This document shows, in pieces, positions 18,879 through 28,229 of a stretch of 64,000 nucleotides of DNA. Position numbers and translations under genes: made by a program. Location of the stretch: contig JAGXNO010000005.1 of the NCBI GenBank assembly GCA_019894975.1, positions 1-64,000 on the forward strand, read 5' to 3'. The notes beneath the pieces are model-generated. The model did no database searches and was not told the DNA's origin. It saw nothing but the letters and a program-made list of their open reading frames with translations. Within the stretch, counting starts at the first letter, position 1. The number at the start of each line of letters is the position of its first letter. This stretch comes from Promethearchaeota archaeon. GTDB lineage: Archaea > Asgardarchaeota > Lokiarchaeia > Sigyniarchaeales > SOKP01.

Positions 18879-20348
18879 TTATTTCTTCTTACGTCTTGGT
18901 TCTATTTTCTTAATAATTATGCTCTCTGCGTGGATCTTACAGTTCTTTAGAATTATTTTGAATCCGCCACCGCCACCTACTCCAGGAATAGTCATACCAA
19001 CAGTTCCCATTGGAACCATCGCACCTTCTTCTTCCCATTCTTCTTCTTCCTCTTCCATTCCACCAACAGCAGCTTTATATTCTTCCGTTTCTATAACGGG
19101 ATGCTGAACTTTTTCTAACCATGCGGGTAGATCATTTAAATCAGGAACTTCTTCTTCAGTTGCAATTTTATCCCTAATCCCTTCTGGGAGAAGATCATAT
19201 ACGCGATCTTTAACTGTTTTCCCCATCCACACTACTAAATCAATTCCACTTTTTAATCCTGCTTGGAAGGCGTCATACTGCTGGAACTTTGGGCTGACTA
19301 TATATTGGATGCTGATGCCATTAAAGCCAGGCATTTGCTTTCCTCCCCCAGTTTGATGTTGTCATAATTCCCGAAACGGAAATCATATTGCCATCGCTGA
19401 GAAAGGTAATCCATTTAGAGCAACACCATCATGGTTTCTATCGATAATACCATGTCCTACTCCCGTTTCAGGGATAAGAAAATCTATCGCTTCAAAACAT
19501 CCGCAGGAAGTGTGAGGGAATTCCATTCCGCTATATAGATAAATTCTATTGATTTCTCCCAATGAACGTTTTTTAATCATTTCATTGATGCCAGTGAACT
19601 CACCTGCTTCTATGTTTAAAGCCTCTCCGGGTTCTATTTCGAAGAGAGGACCCTTAGGATCAACACGGGCTGCTGCTCTAGCATCGAACCATGAAATAGA
19701 ACCACATAAACTCATACGATTTGGTGTAATGCAGCATGCATGTGTTGGTGCGAATGATTGGCAAAGTACGCACCCGTAATACATGTCGACATCTTCATCA
19801 TTAATAGTCCTTGCTCTTTCATCCCTCTTATTATAGATACCTAAAGCAAAGTCATAAGGTTCTTCAATCTTTTTAGGATCGGTTATGATAGTAACTTGTG
19901 CTTTCTTAATTATAGGCAATTCAGCTTTGTAAAGACGAATTAGAACAGTTCCAAGTAATTCAAGAGTATTAAAGCCTTTTTTATAAGCTGCCTTTGAAAT
20001 TCGCATCCAATTAGTATATCTTTGATTCAAGTGCATTATGCCGTTTACAAAATTGCAGAACTCATGAACTCTGCGCTCAAATACGGCCTCGAGATCCTCC
20101 TCAAGCTCAGGTCCTGATACTTCTACCAGAATCCCTATAGGATAGCGTTCCCCTTCTTTCATGTCTTTAAGATCGGGACCAATAAGTGTGATTTTCCCAT
20201 CTTCAATTTCTTTTTCAGGTTTCACACGTACGAGTTCAAAGTGCTTCTCTATTTTTGGGCCTCCAAGCTCAACATACATCTGGTTTCCACGAATTCTTTC
20301 TCCTTCATACACGGGTCCTACATCGAAAGGTAAATCAGAAAAACTCAT
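18879..20348 (-). CDS. cdhC: Acetyl-CoA decarbonylase/synthase (ACDS) beta subunit, interrupted by a 30-nt insert; join(19388..20348,18879..19357) = 479 aa
   Basis: Track ORF 19383-20348 has PFDVGPVYEGERIR, the A-cluster ligands CVLCQSFAP, LCG and HTSCGCFE. Track ORF 18879-19334 has PGFNGISIQY..SPKF, DKIATEE, an acidic linker and KIILKNCKIHAESIII. Both are in one frame, separated by two TGAs inside the insert. Confidence 0.92.
19358..19387 (-). other. Candidate 30-nt bulge-helix-bulge (BHB) mRNA intron in cdhC
   Basis: Intron sequence UAUGAUUUCCGUUUCGGGAAUUAUGACAAC: 10-bp internal stem, central helix UGGC/GACA (one G-A mismatch), 3-nt bulges AA^U and AC^A, flanking exon pairing; excision gives ATG GCA AAT CAA ACT GGG (MANQTG). 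Confidence 0.75.
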
Positions 20349-20391
20349 TTCATAAATCTCCTCATTTTATTTTTTAATATGTTTTTTTTAT

Positions 20392-20931
20392 TTATAGCTT
20401 TTCAATTAAACTTTCTAAAAATTCTTTCCAATCATCATCGCTAAAATTTGGTAAGCTAAATCTAGCGTTTGGATGTGAGTATTTATCTAAATCAATTGTT
20501 TTTACCCAGTTGGTAAAGTTTTTAATACGCGATAACGTTTGAGAGACATAAAATACTAAGTGACCACCGAATATTGCCATTGAATATTGTCCCTCTCCGT
20601 CCAGTCCTTCCCAGTCTTTATCACATAAACGATTTGTAAGATTAATTAAGGACATATCGTACAAAGATCCATCGGTAATTTTGTCTTTCACATAGCTATA
20701 TGCATGACCAGTAGTGACTACATGACAATTGATTTTTCCTGCGATTTCAATCAAATAATCAGCAAGTTTTTTACCATTGAGTTCCCAATTTAAAGATTCA
20801 GCACCAATAACCAAAACTTTTTTCATTGGACTTTTCAGAAAATTCGCCATTACAACAGGATCTGAAACAGAAACGCCCATTTCAGGGCCTGGTATATTTG
20901 CTTTTTGATACGGACGTGCCATTTTACTCAA
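20392..20931 (-). CDS. cdhB: ACDS/CO dehydrogenase epsilon subunit
   Basis: PYQKANIPGP, DKDWEGLDGEGQY, YVSQTLS..KNF, DKYSHPNARFS; directly upstream of cdhC. Confidence 0.88.
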   Translation of the reverse strand: MSKMARPYQKANIPGPEMGVSVSDPVVMANFLKSPMKKVLVIGAESLNWELNGKKLADYLIEIAGKINCHVVTTGHAYSYVKDKITDGSLYDMSLINLTNRLCDKDWEGLDGEGQYSMAIFGGHLVFYVSQTLSRIKNFTNWVKTIDLDKYSHPNARFSLPNFSDDDWKEFLESLIEKL

Positions 20932-21096
20932 TTTCCTCTATTCTTATTTTTAGCTATAAGTTGTAAAATTATTTAGTTGTAAAATTACTATACTTAGAAT
21001 TATTAAGGACAATTTAAAAAAATTGTTTTTATTAAGTTTAACCAAAAAAAGAGTTGAAAAAATAGAAGTTAGAAAGAAAATTAAAATGATCCCTAT

Positions 21097-22512
21097 TTAT
21101 AAATTGGGTCTTTTATCTTGCCAAGGAGCTATCTCCTCAAATGCTTTTGAGACCTGTAGAATTAATAACTCTTGGAATCTCTTACCAACGATTTGCAAAC
21201 CAATTGGAAGGTTGTTTTTTGTCCATCCACAGGGGATAGTAGCAGCAGGATGCCCAGTAAGGTTAAAAGGAAAGGTAAATGCTTGCCACGCTGTAGGGGA
21301 TACGTCAATCCCATTAATTTGGGAGGGATAAGGTTTTGTAGATTCAAAAGCGGGAACTGCTGTTGAGGGGGTGAGTAAGATATCATATTTTTTAAAATCT
21401 TCAAATATCGATTGATAAAACTGAGAACGTATACTCATAGCATTAGGTAAGCTTGAAGCCGGATATTGTAATCCCGCCTTAACCCAGCGCTCTAGACCTG
21501 GTTCTATTTTACCTTTCCATTCTTCTAAATAAGGCTTTAATTCATATCCAAACATTATTAACCACATTGTACTAAAAGCGACAGAAGGATCAAACTCCTT
21601 AAATTTTGCTTCTTCGACCTCCCACCCAAATGATTCAAACTTATGGGCTGAATTAACTACAGCTTTTTCAACTTCGTTATCTATGACTTTTGCATACCCT
21701 AGATCCGTAGTATAGCCAATCTTTAATTTATTTGGTTTTTCATTGATATGGTCAGAATATTTAATATTATCTTCTGGTAACGAATGTTTATCTCCCTCAA
21801 ATGGTCCCTTCATAGCATCAAGCATTAAAGCCGCATCCGAAACATATCTTACAATAGGGCCTATGACAGATAAAGTTTGACCGCTATGAAAAGTTCTTGG
21901 ATAAATTGCTACCCTACCAAAGCTGGGTTTAAGACCATAAGCACCACAAAAACAGGCGGGGTGTCGTATGGAACCCCCTCCATCAGAACCTTGTGCTAAA
22001 GGTCCCATTCCACAAACTACTGAAGCGGCAGCACCTCCACTAGAACCTCCCGCAGTTTTCTCAAGATCCCATGGATTTGGGGTTACGCCGAAAATCAAGT
22101 TATCAGTAACTCCCTTATAACCGAATTCAGGTGTATTTGTTTTTCCTAAAATTACACAACCTGCTTCTTTTAAGCGTGTAACAACAAGGTCATCTTCTTC
22201 GGGAATGTTGTGTTCATAGATTCTCGAACCATAAGTAGTTCTCACTCCTTTTACCGAAACTAAATCTTTTATTGAAGTTGGAATACCATTTAGAAGAGGA
22301 ATATTCTCTCTTTTCTTCACCCTATCATCAGCTTCTTTTGCCATTTCTCGTGCTAAATCGAACGTTGGAGTGCAATATGCGTTTATTATTGGATTAATCT
22401 TTTCTATTCTTTCAATAATGGTTTCAGTTATTTCCTGCGAGGTTAGTTCTTGGTTAGTTATTTTTTCTTTCATTTCCCAAGCAGACATAAAGCAAATATC
22501 GTCTTTATTCAT
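21097..22512 (-). CDS. Amidase-signature family protein
   Basis: SIKD, GKTNTPEFG, GGSSGG, GSDGGGSIRHPA. Confidence 0.92.
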   Translation of the reverse strand: MNKDDICFMSAWEMKEKITNQELTSQEITETIIERIEKINPIINAYCTPTFDLAREMAKEADDRVKKRENIPLLNGIPTSIKDLVSVKGVRTTYGSRIYEHNIPEEDDLVVTRLKEAGCVILGKTNTPEFGYKGVTDNLIFGVTPNPWDLEKTAGGSSGGAAASVVCGMGPLAQGSDGGGSIRHPACFCGAYGLKPSFGRVAIYPRTFHSGQTLSVIGPIVRYVSDAALMLDAMKGPFEGDKHSLPEDNIKYSDHINEKPNKLKIGYTTDLGYAKVIDNEVEKAVVNSAHKFESFGWEVEEAKFKEFDPSVAFSTMWLIMFGYELKPYLEEWKGKIEPGLERWVKAGLQYPASSLPNAMSIRSQFYQSIFEDFKKYDILLTPSTAVPAFESTKPYPSQINGIDVSPTAWQAFTFPFNLTGHPAATIPCGWTKNNLPIGLQIVGKRFQELLILQVSKAFEEIAPWQDKRPNL

Positions 22513-22616
22513 TTTCTAAACCTTGAAAATATATATTAAAATTATACAGATCTAAAAATTACACTCTTTAAAAGAAGTTTCTTCCCATCAATTATAGAAT
22601 AAATAAAAAAAAAAAA

Positions 22617-24071
22617 TTAGTTGAATTTTGGTTTTTTATCTTGCCAGGGTGCGATATCTTCAAAAGCTTTTGAAACCTGAAGAACGGTTAATTCATCAAA
22701 CCGTTTTCCAACTATTTGCATTCCAATAGGTAAACCATCACTAGACCAACCACATGGAATTGAAGCTGCAGGATGACCACTAGCGTTAAACGGATAAGTA
22801 AAAGGAAGCCATCCCGCTGAGGACACATTTTTTCCATCAATAATTATATCAGTGTTCATTGTTTCCATATTTATTTGTGATTTACCCAATTTAAAAGCAG
22901 GACATGCTAGGGTTGGTGTTATTAAAATATCAATGTTTTTGAATACCTTACAGATTTCCTCATAAATCATTTCTCTTTGAACTTCTGCTATCTTTATATC
23001 CTTAGTTGAAAACGTAAGACCAAGATTGATCAACTCTACAAGACCGGGATCCATTTTTTCCTTAGCTGATTCTAAGTAAGGTCCAAGAGTGTAAGCAAAT
23101 CCCGAGTTCCAAATAGTTGCAAATGTAGATTCAGGATTCCTCAGTCTAATTCTACTCTTTTGTGTTTCCCAACCGAAACCCTCAAACTTTTGAATTCCAT
23201 TTAAAACAGCTTTTTCAACTTCAGGATCGAGAGCTTCTGCAAATCCCAAATCCAAAGAGTATCCAATTTTTAATTTATTTGGTTTCTCATCAAGCCTTTC
23301 TACATAGCTATAATTTGGTTTCGGTATAGAATACCTATCAGAATCATCTTGACCTGCGATTACATCCAATACTAACGCAGCGTCTTTTACATATCTTACA
23401 AGAGGTCCTTTATGTACAAATGTTCCAAGGTAGCCCATCAATTTCATACCACTTTGTGGCACTCGACCAAAAGTTGATTTAAGACCATAAAGTCCACAGA
23501 AGCAACTAGGAATCCGAATAGAACCTCCACCATCGGATCCGATACCAATAGGGCCTAAGCCTGAAGCCACAGCACCAGCGGCACCACCGCTAGACCCTCC
23601 TGTAGTCCTCTCTAAATTCCAAGGGTTCTTAGTAACCCCAAAAATTAAATTATCGGTTTCTCCCTTGTATCCAAATGATGGTGTATTAGTTTTTCCCAAA
23701 ATAACAACACCTGCATCCCTCATCCTTTTAACAATAGCTTCATCATTCCTTGGGACATTATTTTCGAATAAAAATGAACCATATGTAGTTCTAATCCCCT
23801 TGGTCTCTGTTTCATCCTTTATAGACGCAGGAATCCCGTGTAATAGCCCTAATTTCTCACCATCCTTTACAGCTTTATCAGCTATTCTTGCAGTATCCCG
23901 AGCCAGTTCAAAAGTAGGAGTACAATAAACATTAATTATTGGATTTATCTTTTCTATCCTTTCAATGATAATTTCAGTTAATTCTTCAGATGAAATTTCT
24001 TGATTTTTTATCTTTACACCCATATCGTAAGCAGATATATAGCAAATTTCTTCTCTTTTCATGTCTAACAT
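22617..24071 (-). CDS. Amidase-signature family protein (tandem paralog; start likely ATG 24071 or 24062 rather than 24119)
   Basis: SIKD, GKTNTP, GGSSGG, GSDGGGSIRIPS; N- and C-termini closely match the neighbouring amidase. Confidence 0.9.
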   Translation of the reverse strand: MLDMKREEICYISAYDMGVKIKNQEISSEELTEIIIERIEKINPIINVYCTPTFELARDTARIADKAVKDGEKLGLLHGIPASIKDETETKGIRTTYGSFLFENNVPRNDEAIVKRMRDAGVVILGKTNTPSFGYKGETDNLIFGVTKNPWNLERTTGGSSGGAAGAVASGLGPIGIGSDGGGSIRIPSCFCGLYGLKSTFGRVPQSGMKLMGYLGTFVHKGPLVRYVKDAALVLDVIAGQDDSDRYSIPKPNYSYVERLDEKPNKLKIGYSLDLGFAEALDPEVEKAVLNGIQKFEGFGWETQKSRIRLRNPESTFATIWNSGFAYTLGPYLESAKEKMDPGLVELINLGLTFSTKDIKIAEVQREMIYEEICKVFKNIDILITPTLACPAFKLGKSQINMETMNTDIIIDGKNVSSAGWLPFTYPFNASGHPAASIPCGWSSDGLPIGMQIVGKRFDELTVLQVSKAFEDIAPWQDKKPKFN

Positions 24072-24207
24072 GACTAATCGTTCTATTTGTGTATAAATTA
24101 GTTTAAATTTAGATTTCAAATAAAAGGAAAGAAGATTTAATATAAATATATTATTCTTTTAAATCGCATTAAAAAGATAATCAAATAAATTGAAAGGAGA
24201 ATAACAT

Positions 24208-24513
24208 ATGTGTGAGTTTAAAATAATTCGAAAAAATAATAATTCTCAAATAATGGAAGATGTTGTAATGTTATATTACAATGAAGACAACGAGTTGGTA
24301 TTAAAAGATGTAATTGGTATGGGAGAAACCATAGAATCCGCTCTTATATTAGACGTGAATACCATAAATCAGAAGTGTCTAATTTTAGAAAATCCCCTCA
24401 TAAAAGACTTTGTTAATTTGTTAGTTAAATTAAATGATACTACAGCAACTAAATCTGATATGGATATAATTATAAATCAATTAGAGGCACTGAAAGAAGA
24501 GATTCCCAAATGA
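24208..24513 (+). CDS. CooT-family nickel-binding protein with C-terminal extension
   Basis: N-terminal MCE (Cys2), IMEDV, LKDVIG pattern; GGAG SD; near cdhBC. Confidence 0.65.
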   Translation: MCEFKIIRKNNNSQIMEDVVMLYYNEDNELVLKDVIGMGETIESALILDVNTINQKCLILENPLIKDFVNLLVKLNDTTATKSDMDIIINQLEALKEEIPK

Positions 24514-25373
24514 GGTCAGATGCAAGGTTCTATAAGGATATTAATGAGTTTTATGAAATAGCGTTGCCTTTTTTATTAAAAAAAGAAGTTGAAAATGGGC
24601 TTCAAATATCTATCCTCAATTCACTTAAAAATAACATCGAAAAATACGGTAAAGAAGCCCCTATTTTATGTACTGTAAGTATAGACGACGAAATTAAGCT
24701 AGTCTCATTGAGAACACCCCCTTATAATCAGATCTTATCTTATACAGACGAATTAAAAACAATTGATGTTTTAATTGATGCTTTAAACAAAGTAAAACCT
24801 GGAATTCCTGGAATTTTGGGATTTACAGAAGGAGCAAAAAGATTTTCTAAATTATGGTGTAAAAGAAATGGTCTTAAATCTAAAATAGTAATGAATGAAA
24901 GAATTTACAAACTGGAGAGTGTAGCAGAGGATACTTTAGGTAATAAGAAATTCATCAAGGCTACAGATACTTATGAAAACATTATTCTTCAGTGGGGAAG
25001 GGCGTTTATGTTAGAAGCTCTCCCTGATAGAGCTCCCGAAATGATTGAACGCTCACTAAAACACTTTAAGACGGATATAAATGAAGGGAGGATTTTCTTA
25101 TTATTTGATAATGAATTACCTGTTTCAATGGCACGTAAGGCAGGAAAATCCCCCAATGGTATTGCTGTTAATGCGGTTTATACTCCACCTCATCTTAGAA
25201 GAAAAGGATATGCAACAGAATGTGTGGCAAAATCATCCAAACTTTTATTGGAAGAGGGAAATAAATATTGTTTTTTATTTACAGACTTGAGTAATCCGAC
25301 TTCTAATAGCATATATCAAAAAATTGGGTATCGACCTATCATGGATGTAGATGAATATCACTTTTTTAAGTAG
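24510..25373 (+). CDS. GNAT family N-acetyltransferase
   Basis: VYTPPHLRRKGYA, LFTDLSNPTSNSIYQKIGY; ATGA overlap with the upstream gene. Confidence 0.9.
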   Translation: MRSDARFYKDINEFYEIALPFLLKKEVENGLQISILNSLKNNIEKYGKEAPILCTVSIDDEIKLVSLRTPPYNQILSYTDELKTIDVLIDALNKVKPGIPGILGFTEGAKRFSKLWCKRNGLKSKIVMNERIYKLESVAEDTLGNKKFIKATDTYENIILQWGRAFMLEALPDRAPEMIERSLKHFKTDINEGRIFLLFDNELPVSMARKAGKSPNGIAVNAVYTPPHLRRKGYATECVAKSSKLLLEEGNKYCFLFTDLSNPTSNSIYQKIGYRPIMDVDEYHFFK

Positions 25374-25486
25374 CTGGATGATTTTTGTTAACATTTAATT
25401 TTAACTGTTGAAAAAAATAAAATAAAAAAAAGAAACGAGAAAGTCTCCTGATTTTCTCCTGTAAATTTTTTGGGTATTATTTAGGT

Positions 25487-25777
25487 TTATCTTTTTGGGG
25501 GAAGAATTTCAATATCAATAGAAGAAACGTTATTATTTGTACCATCAGTGTTTGTAATGGATTCTGTACTAATCAAAATTTCACCATAAGTTGCACCCGT
25601 TACGAATTTATTCATAAGGATCTCTGCAACGTCTACAGCTAGTGAGATAGATCGCCCTCGAGCTAGTAATCGTACAGGCTTGTCATTTAAAACAACCATA
25701 GCTGCCATTACATAATTAAAAGATTTCTTTCTGCCAATAAAAACTTTTGAATCATCCCTACTATCTTTTTTAGCCAT
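25487..25777 (-). CDS. albA: DNA/RNA-binding protein Alba
   Basis: VFIGRK..NYVMA, ARGRSISLAVDVAE, NVSSIDI; AGGTGA SD. Confidence 0.9.
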   Translation of the reverse strand: MAKKDSRDDSKVFIGRKKSFNYVMAAMVVLNDKPVRLLARGRSISLAVDVAEILMNKFVTGATYGEILISTESITNTDGTNNNVSSIDIEILPPKR

Positions 25778-26112
25778 TTTATATCACCTTTTCGATGTAT
25801 ACGTTAAGATTTTCTTTTCTATACTTTTCGAACTTTCGTTTTCCTTATTTTTAAGTAGCTCTTGGTAACCTTTCAATAACTAATTAAGTTTTATTAGCGA
25901 TATTTAGATTTTAAAATTTATCAATTTCTGAATTTTCATAGATATAGTGAACATTATCTTTATAGTTGGTGTATAGTAAATTCTAATTGATAAATAAGCA
26001 ATACTCCGATTAATTTTCAATTAATAAAAAATAATAATAGACTGTTTCAATTTTATTGATTTATAAAATTGTATTGATGATCACAATCATTTATTTTAAT
26101 AACTCTCTATAA

Positions 26113-28197
26113 ATGCCCGCAAATATCACTGATTTCTTGACCAACGGAACTGAAGGATTAAAAAAACAAGATTTAATAAAATCTCCAAACTTAAAAACAA
26201 TCTTCAGCACCATTAATCAACACTTATATGGAAAACTAAAGTACACTGATACTGATACTAGAGCCCGTTCAAAACAAATAATAAATCTCTTGCTATGTAA
26301 GTTAGTCGATGAAGTTTCTAAAAAACCTGAAGAAGAAGTAGAATTTTGCATCAAAAACGGGGAATCTCCAGAAGAATTATACATAAAAATTCGAAAACTG
26401 TTCGATGAAAAAGTAAGAGGAAAATATGCAGATGTTCTTGACGAAACAGAGCAGATTAGGTTAACAAAAGATCTTGTATATTTAATCGTAAACGAATTGC
26501 AGCATATCTCTCTCCTTCAATCTTCTAAAGACATATTCAGTGACGCTTTTGAAATATTTGTAAGCAAAATTTTAAAGGATGAAGCGGGTCAGTTTTTTAC
26601 TCCTCCAAATATTGTGAAATTCATGGTGAATTATTTGGATCCAGAACCCAAAACATTGATTTTAGATCCTGCTTGTGGCCATGGAGGGTTCCTTCTTGAA
26701 AGTAAAGAAGTATTATGGAATAAATGCGAAACAGAAAAGGATAAAATAAATGCTGTTTCCAAGTTATTTGGTATTGATAAAGACTTATTTCTTGCAAAAA
26801 TAAGTAGATTATATTTAGATATCTTAAGTAATGGAAAATCTAAAATTTTTTGCGAAGATTCACTGGATCCAAGAAATTTTAGAGATGAACCTAGAGATCA
26901 AATAAAAGACGATACATTTGATTTCATATTTACTAATCCTCCTTTTGGAGTTAAAATCCCTATCAATAATAGTGATATATTAGAGGATTATCAATTAGGT
27001 CATGTATGGAAAAATGTAAATGGTAAATGGGAAATGCAAGATAAGCTGGTTAAGCAACAATCTCCTCAAGTTCTGTTCATTGAAAGGTGTGTTCAATTAC
27101 TTAGAGATGGAGGTAAATTAGGGATTATCTTGCCTGAAGGAATATTTGGAAATCCTTCGGATCGATATATTTGGGAGTATTTAACCTCTAAGGGCACAAT
27201 ATTAGGAATAATTTCCTTAGATCAAAATGCTTTTCAACCATATACATGTAATAAAACAAGTATCCTCCTTTTTCAGAAATTAAATAAGATTCCAAATGAT
27301 TATCTAATAGATTTTGCAATTGTAGAGAACGTAGGGCATGATAAAGATGGTAAGATTTTATATAAACTCAATAAAGATGGAAGCAAACAATTAGATTCTA
27401 CAGGTAATGCTATTCTAAATGACGATTTAATCACTTTAAATGTAAGACTAAGAGAAGCTGAAAAATTCGATTATTTAAAGGAACAGAAATGCTTTAAAAT
27501 CAACTTCAGCCATATTAAAAATTATGTGTTCATCCCTGTTTATTATACTGGGGTTGAAAAGACTTTGAAGAACCTTGCGATTAACGAAGAAATTGAACTT
27601 CTCTCCATTAGGGAATTAACTGAGAAAAAAATACTTTACACTAATAAAGGAGGGTATTTACCTCGAGGAGATGAAATTGGTTCCCATCTTTATGGATTAG
27701 GTAACGTCCCTTTTATTCGAACTAGTGAAATAAACAATTGGGAAATTAATTTAGATTCATACAAAAAAACTAGCGAAGAAGTATTTAACCGATATAAAGA
27801 AAAGCAAAATATTGAGGTAGGAGATATTCTTTTAGTAAAAGATGGAGGCCCTAATCTAATTGGAAAAACAGCCTATATAACCGAATTGGACAAGAATATT
27901 ATTATTCAGAGTCACATCTTTCAAATAAAAACACAAGAAAATAGTGAATTTATCGATTCATACCTTCTCCTGTACCTTTTAAATGTAGAAATCGTGCAAA
28001 AGCAAATTCAAGCAATCACTTTTGTTCAAGGAACAATTGCTACAATTGGAAATCGAATAATGGAAATATCCTTACCAATCCCGTCAGATCTAAATAAAAG
28101 AAAAGAAATTTCAAATCATGTCAAGAACATTATCAAACAGAAAGTGAGTGCACGAAAAAAAATTAGAAACTTAGCATTAGATTATCCCTTAGAATAA
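26113..28197 (+). CDS. N6-adenine DNA methyltransferase fused to a HsdS-type target-recognition domain
   Basis: GQFFTP, ILDPACGHGGFL, NPPFG, LPEGIF; C-terminal VPFIRTSEI, GDILLVKDG, GKTA. Confidence 0.88.
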   Translation: MPANITDFLTNGTEGLKKQDLIKSPNLKTIFSTINQHLYGKLKYTDTDTRARSKQIINLLLCKLVDEVSKKPEEEVEFCIKNGESPEELYIKIRKLFDEKVRGKYADVLDETEQIRLTKDLVYLIVNELQHISLLQSSKDIFSDAFEIFVSKILKDEAGQFFTPPNIVKFMVNYLDPEPKTLILDPACGHGGFLLESKEVLWNKCETEKDKINAVSKLFGIDKDLFLAKISRLYLDILSNGKSKIFCEDSLDPRNFRDEPRDQIKDDTFDFIFTNPPFGVKIPINNSDILEDYQLGHVWKNVNGKWEMQDKLVKQQSPQVLFIERCVQLLRDGGKLGIILPEGIFGNPSDRYIWEYLTSKGTILGIISLDQNAFQPYTCNKTSILLFQKLNKIPNDYLIDFAIVENVGHDKDGKILYKLNKDGSKQLDSTGNAILNDDLITLNVRLREAEKFDYLKEQKCFKINFSHIKNYVFIPVYYTGVEKTLKNLAINEEIELLSIRELTEKKILYTNKGGYLPRGDEIGSHLYGLGNVPFIRTSEINNWEINLDSYKKTSEEVFNRYKEKQNIEVGDILLVKDGGPNLIGKTAYITELDKNIIIQSHIFQIKTQENSEFIDSYLLLYLLNVEIVQKQIQAITFVQGTIATIGNRIMEISLPIPSDLNKRKEISNHVKNIIKQKVSARKKIRNLALDYPLE

Positions 28198-28229
28198 ATA
28201 ATTAAAATAGATCTTTATGGTGAGAAGAA

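Noticed and set aside
19362-19385. Selenocysteine or other readthrough of the two in-frame UGAs in cdhC
   Set aside because: The UGAs do not sit at conserved Cys positions, readthrough would add 10 residues to a conserved motif, and an oligo-T tract follows the gene with no SECIS-like hairpin that I could see. Not formally excluded.
19359-19386. Alternative BHB register (GGCA/UGAC; bulges AUA, AAC) excising 28 nt
   Set aside because: It produces a frameshift (ATG GCA ATC ATC AAA...); only the 30-nt register restores CdhC.
19358-19387. Insert as a CRISPR repeat or MITE (plus strand GTTGTC...GAAAC)
   Set aside because: Single copy in the window, with no spacers, cas genes, transposase or clear target-site duplication.
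18879-20348. cdhC as a simple pseudogene
   Set aside because: Both parts are otherwise intact with all catalytic motifs, and the only lesion is a structured insert with splice-compatible boundaries. It remains the fallback if no splicing is found.
21097-24119. Calling the amidases gatA
   Set aside because: There is no gatB/gatC nearby and they are tandem paralogs; a generic amidase call is safer.
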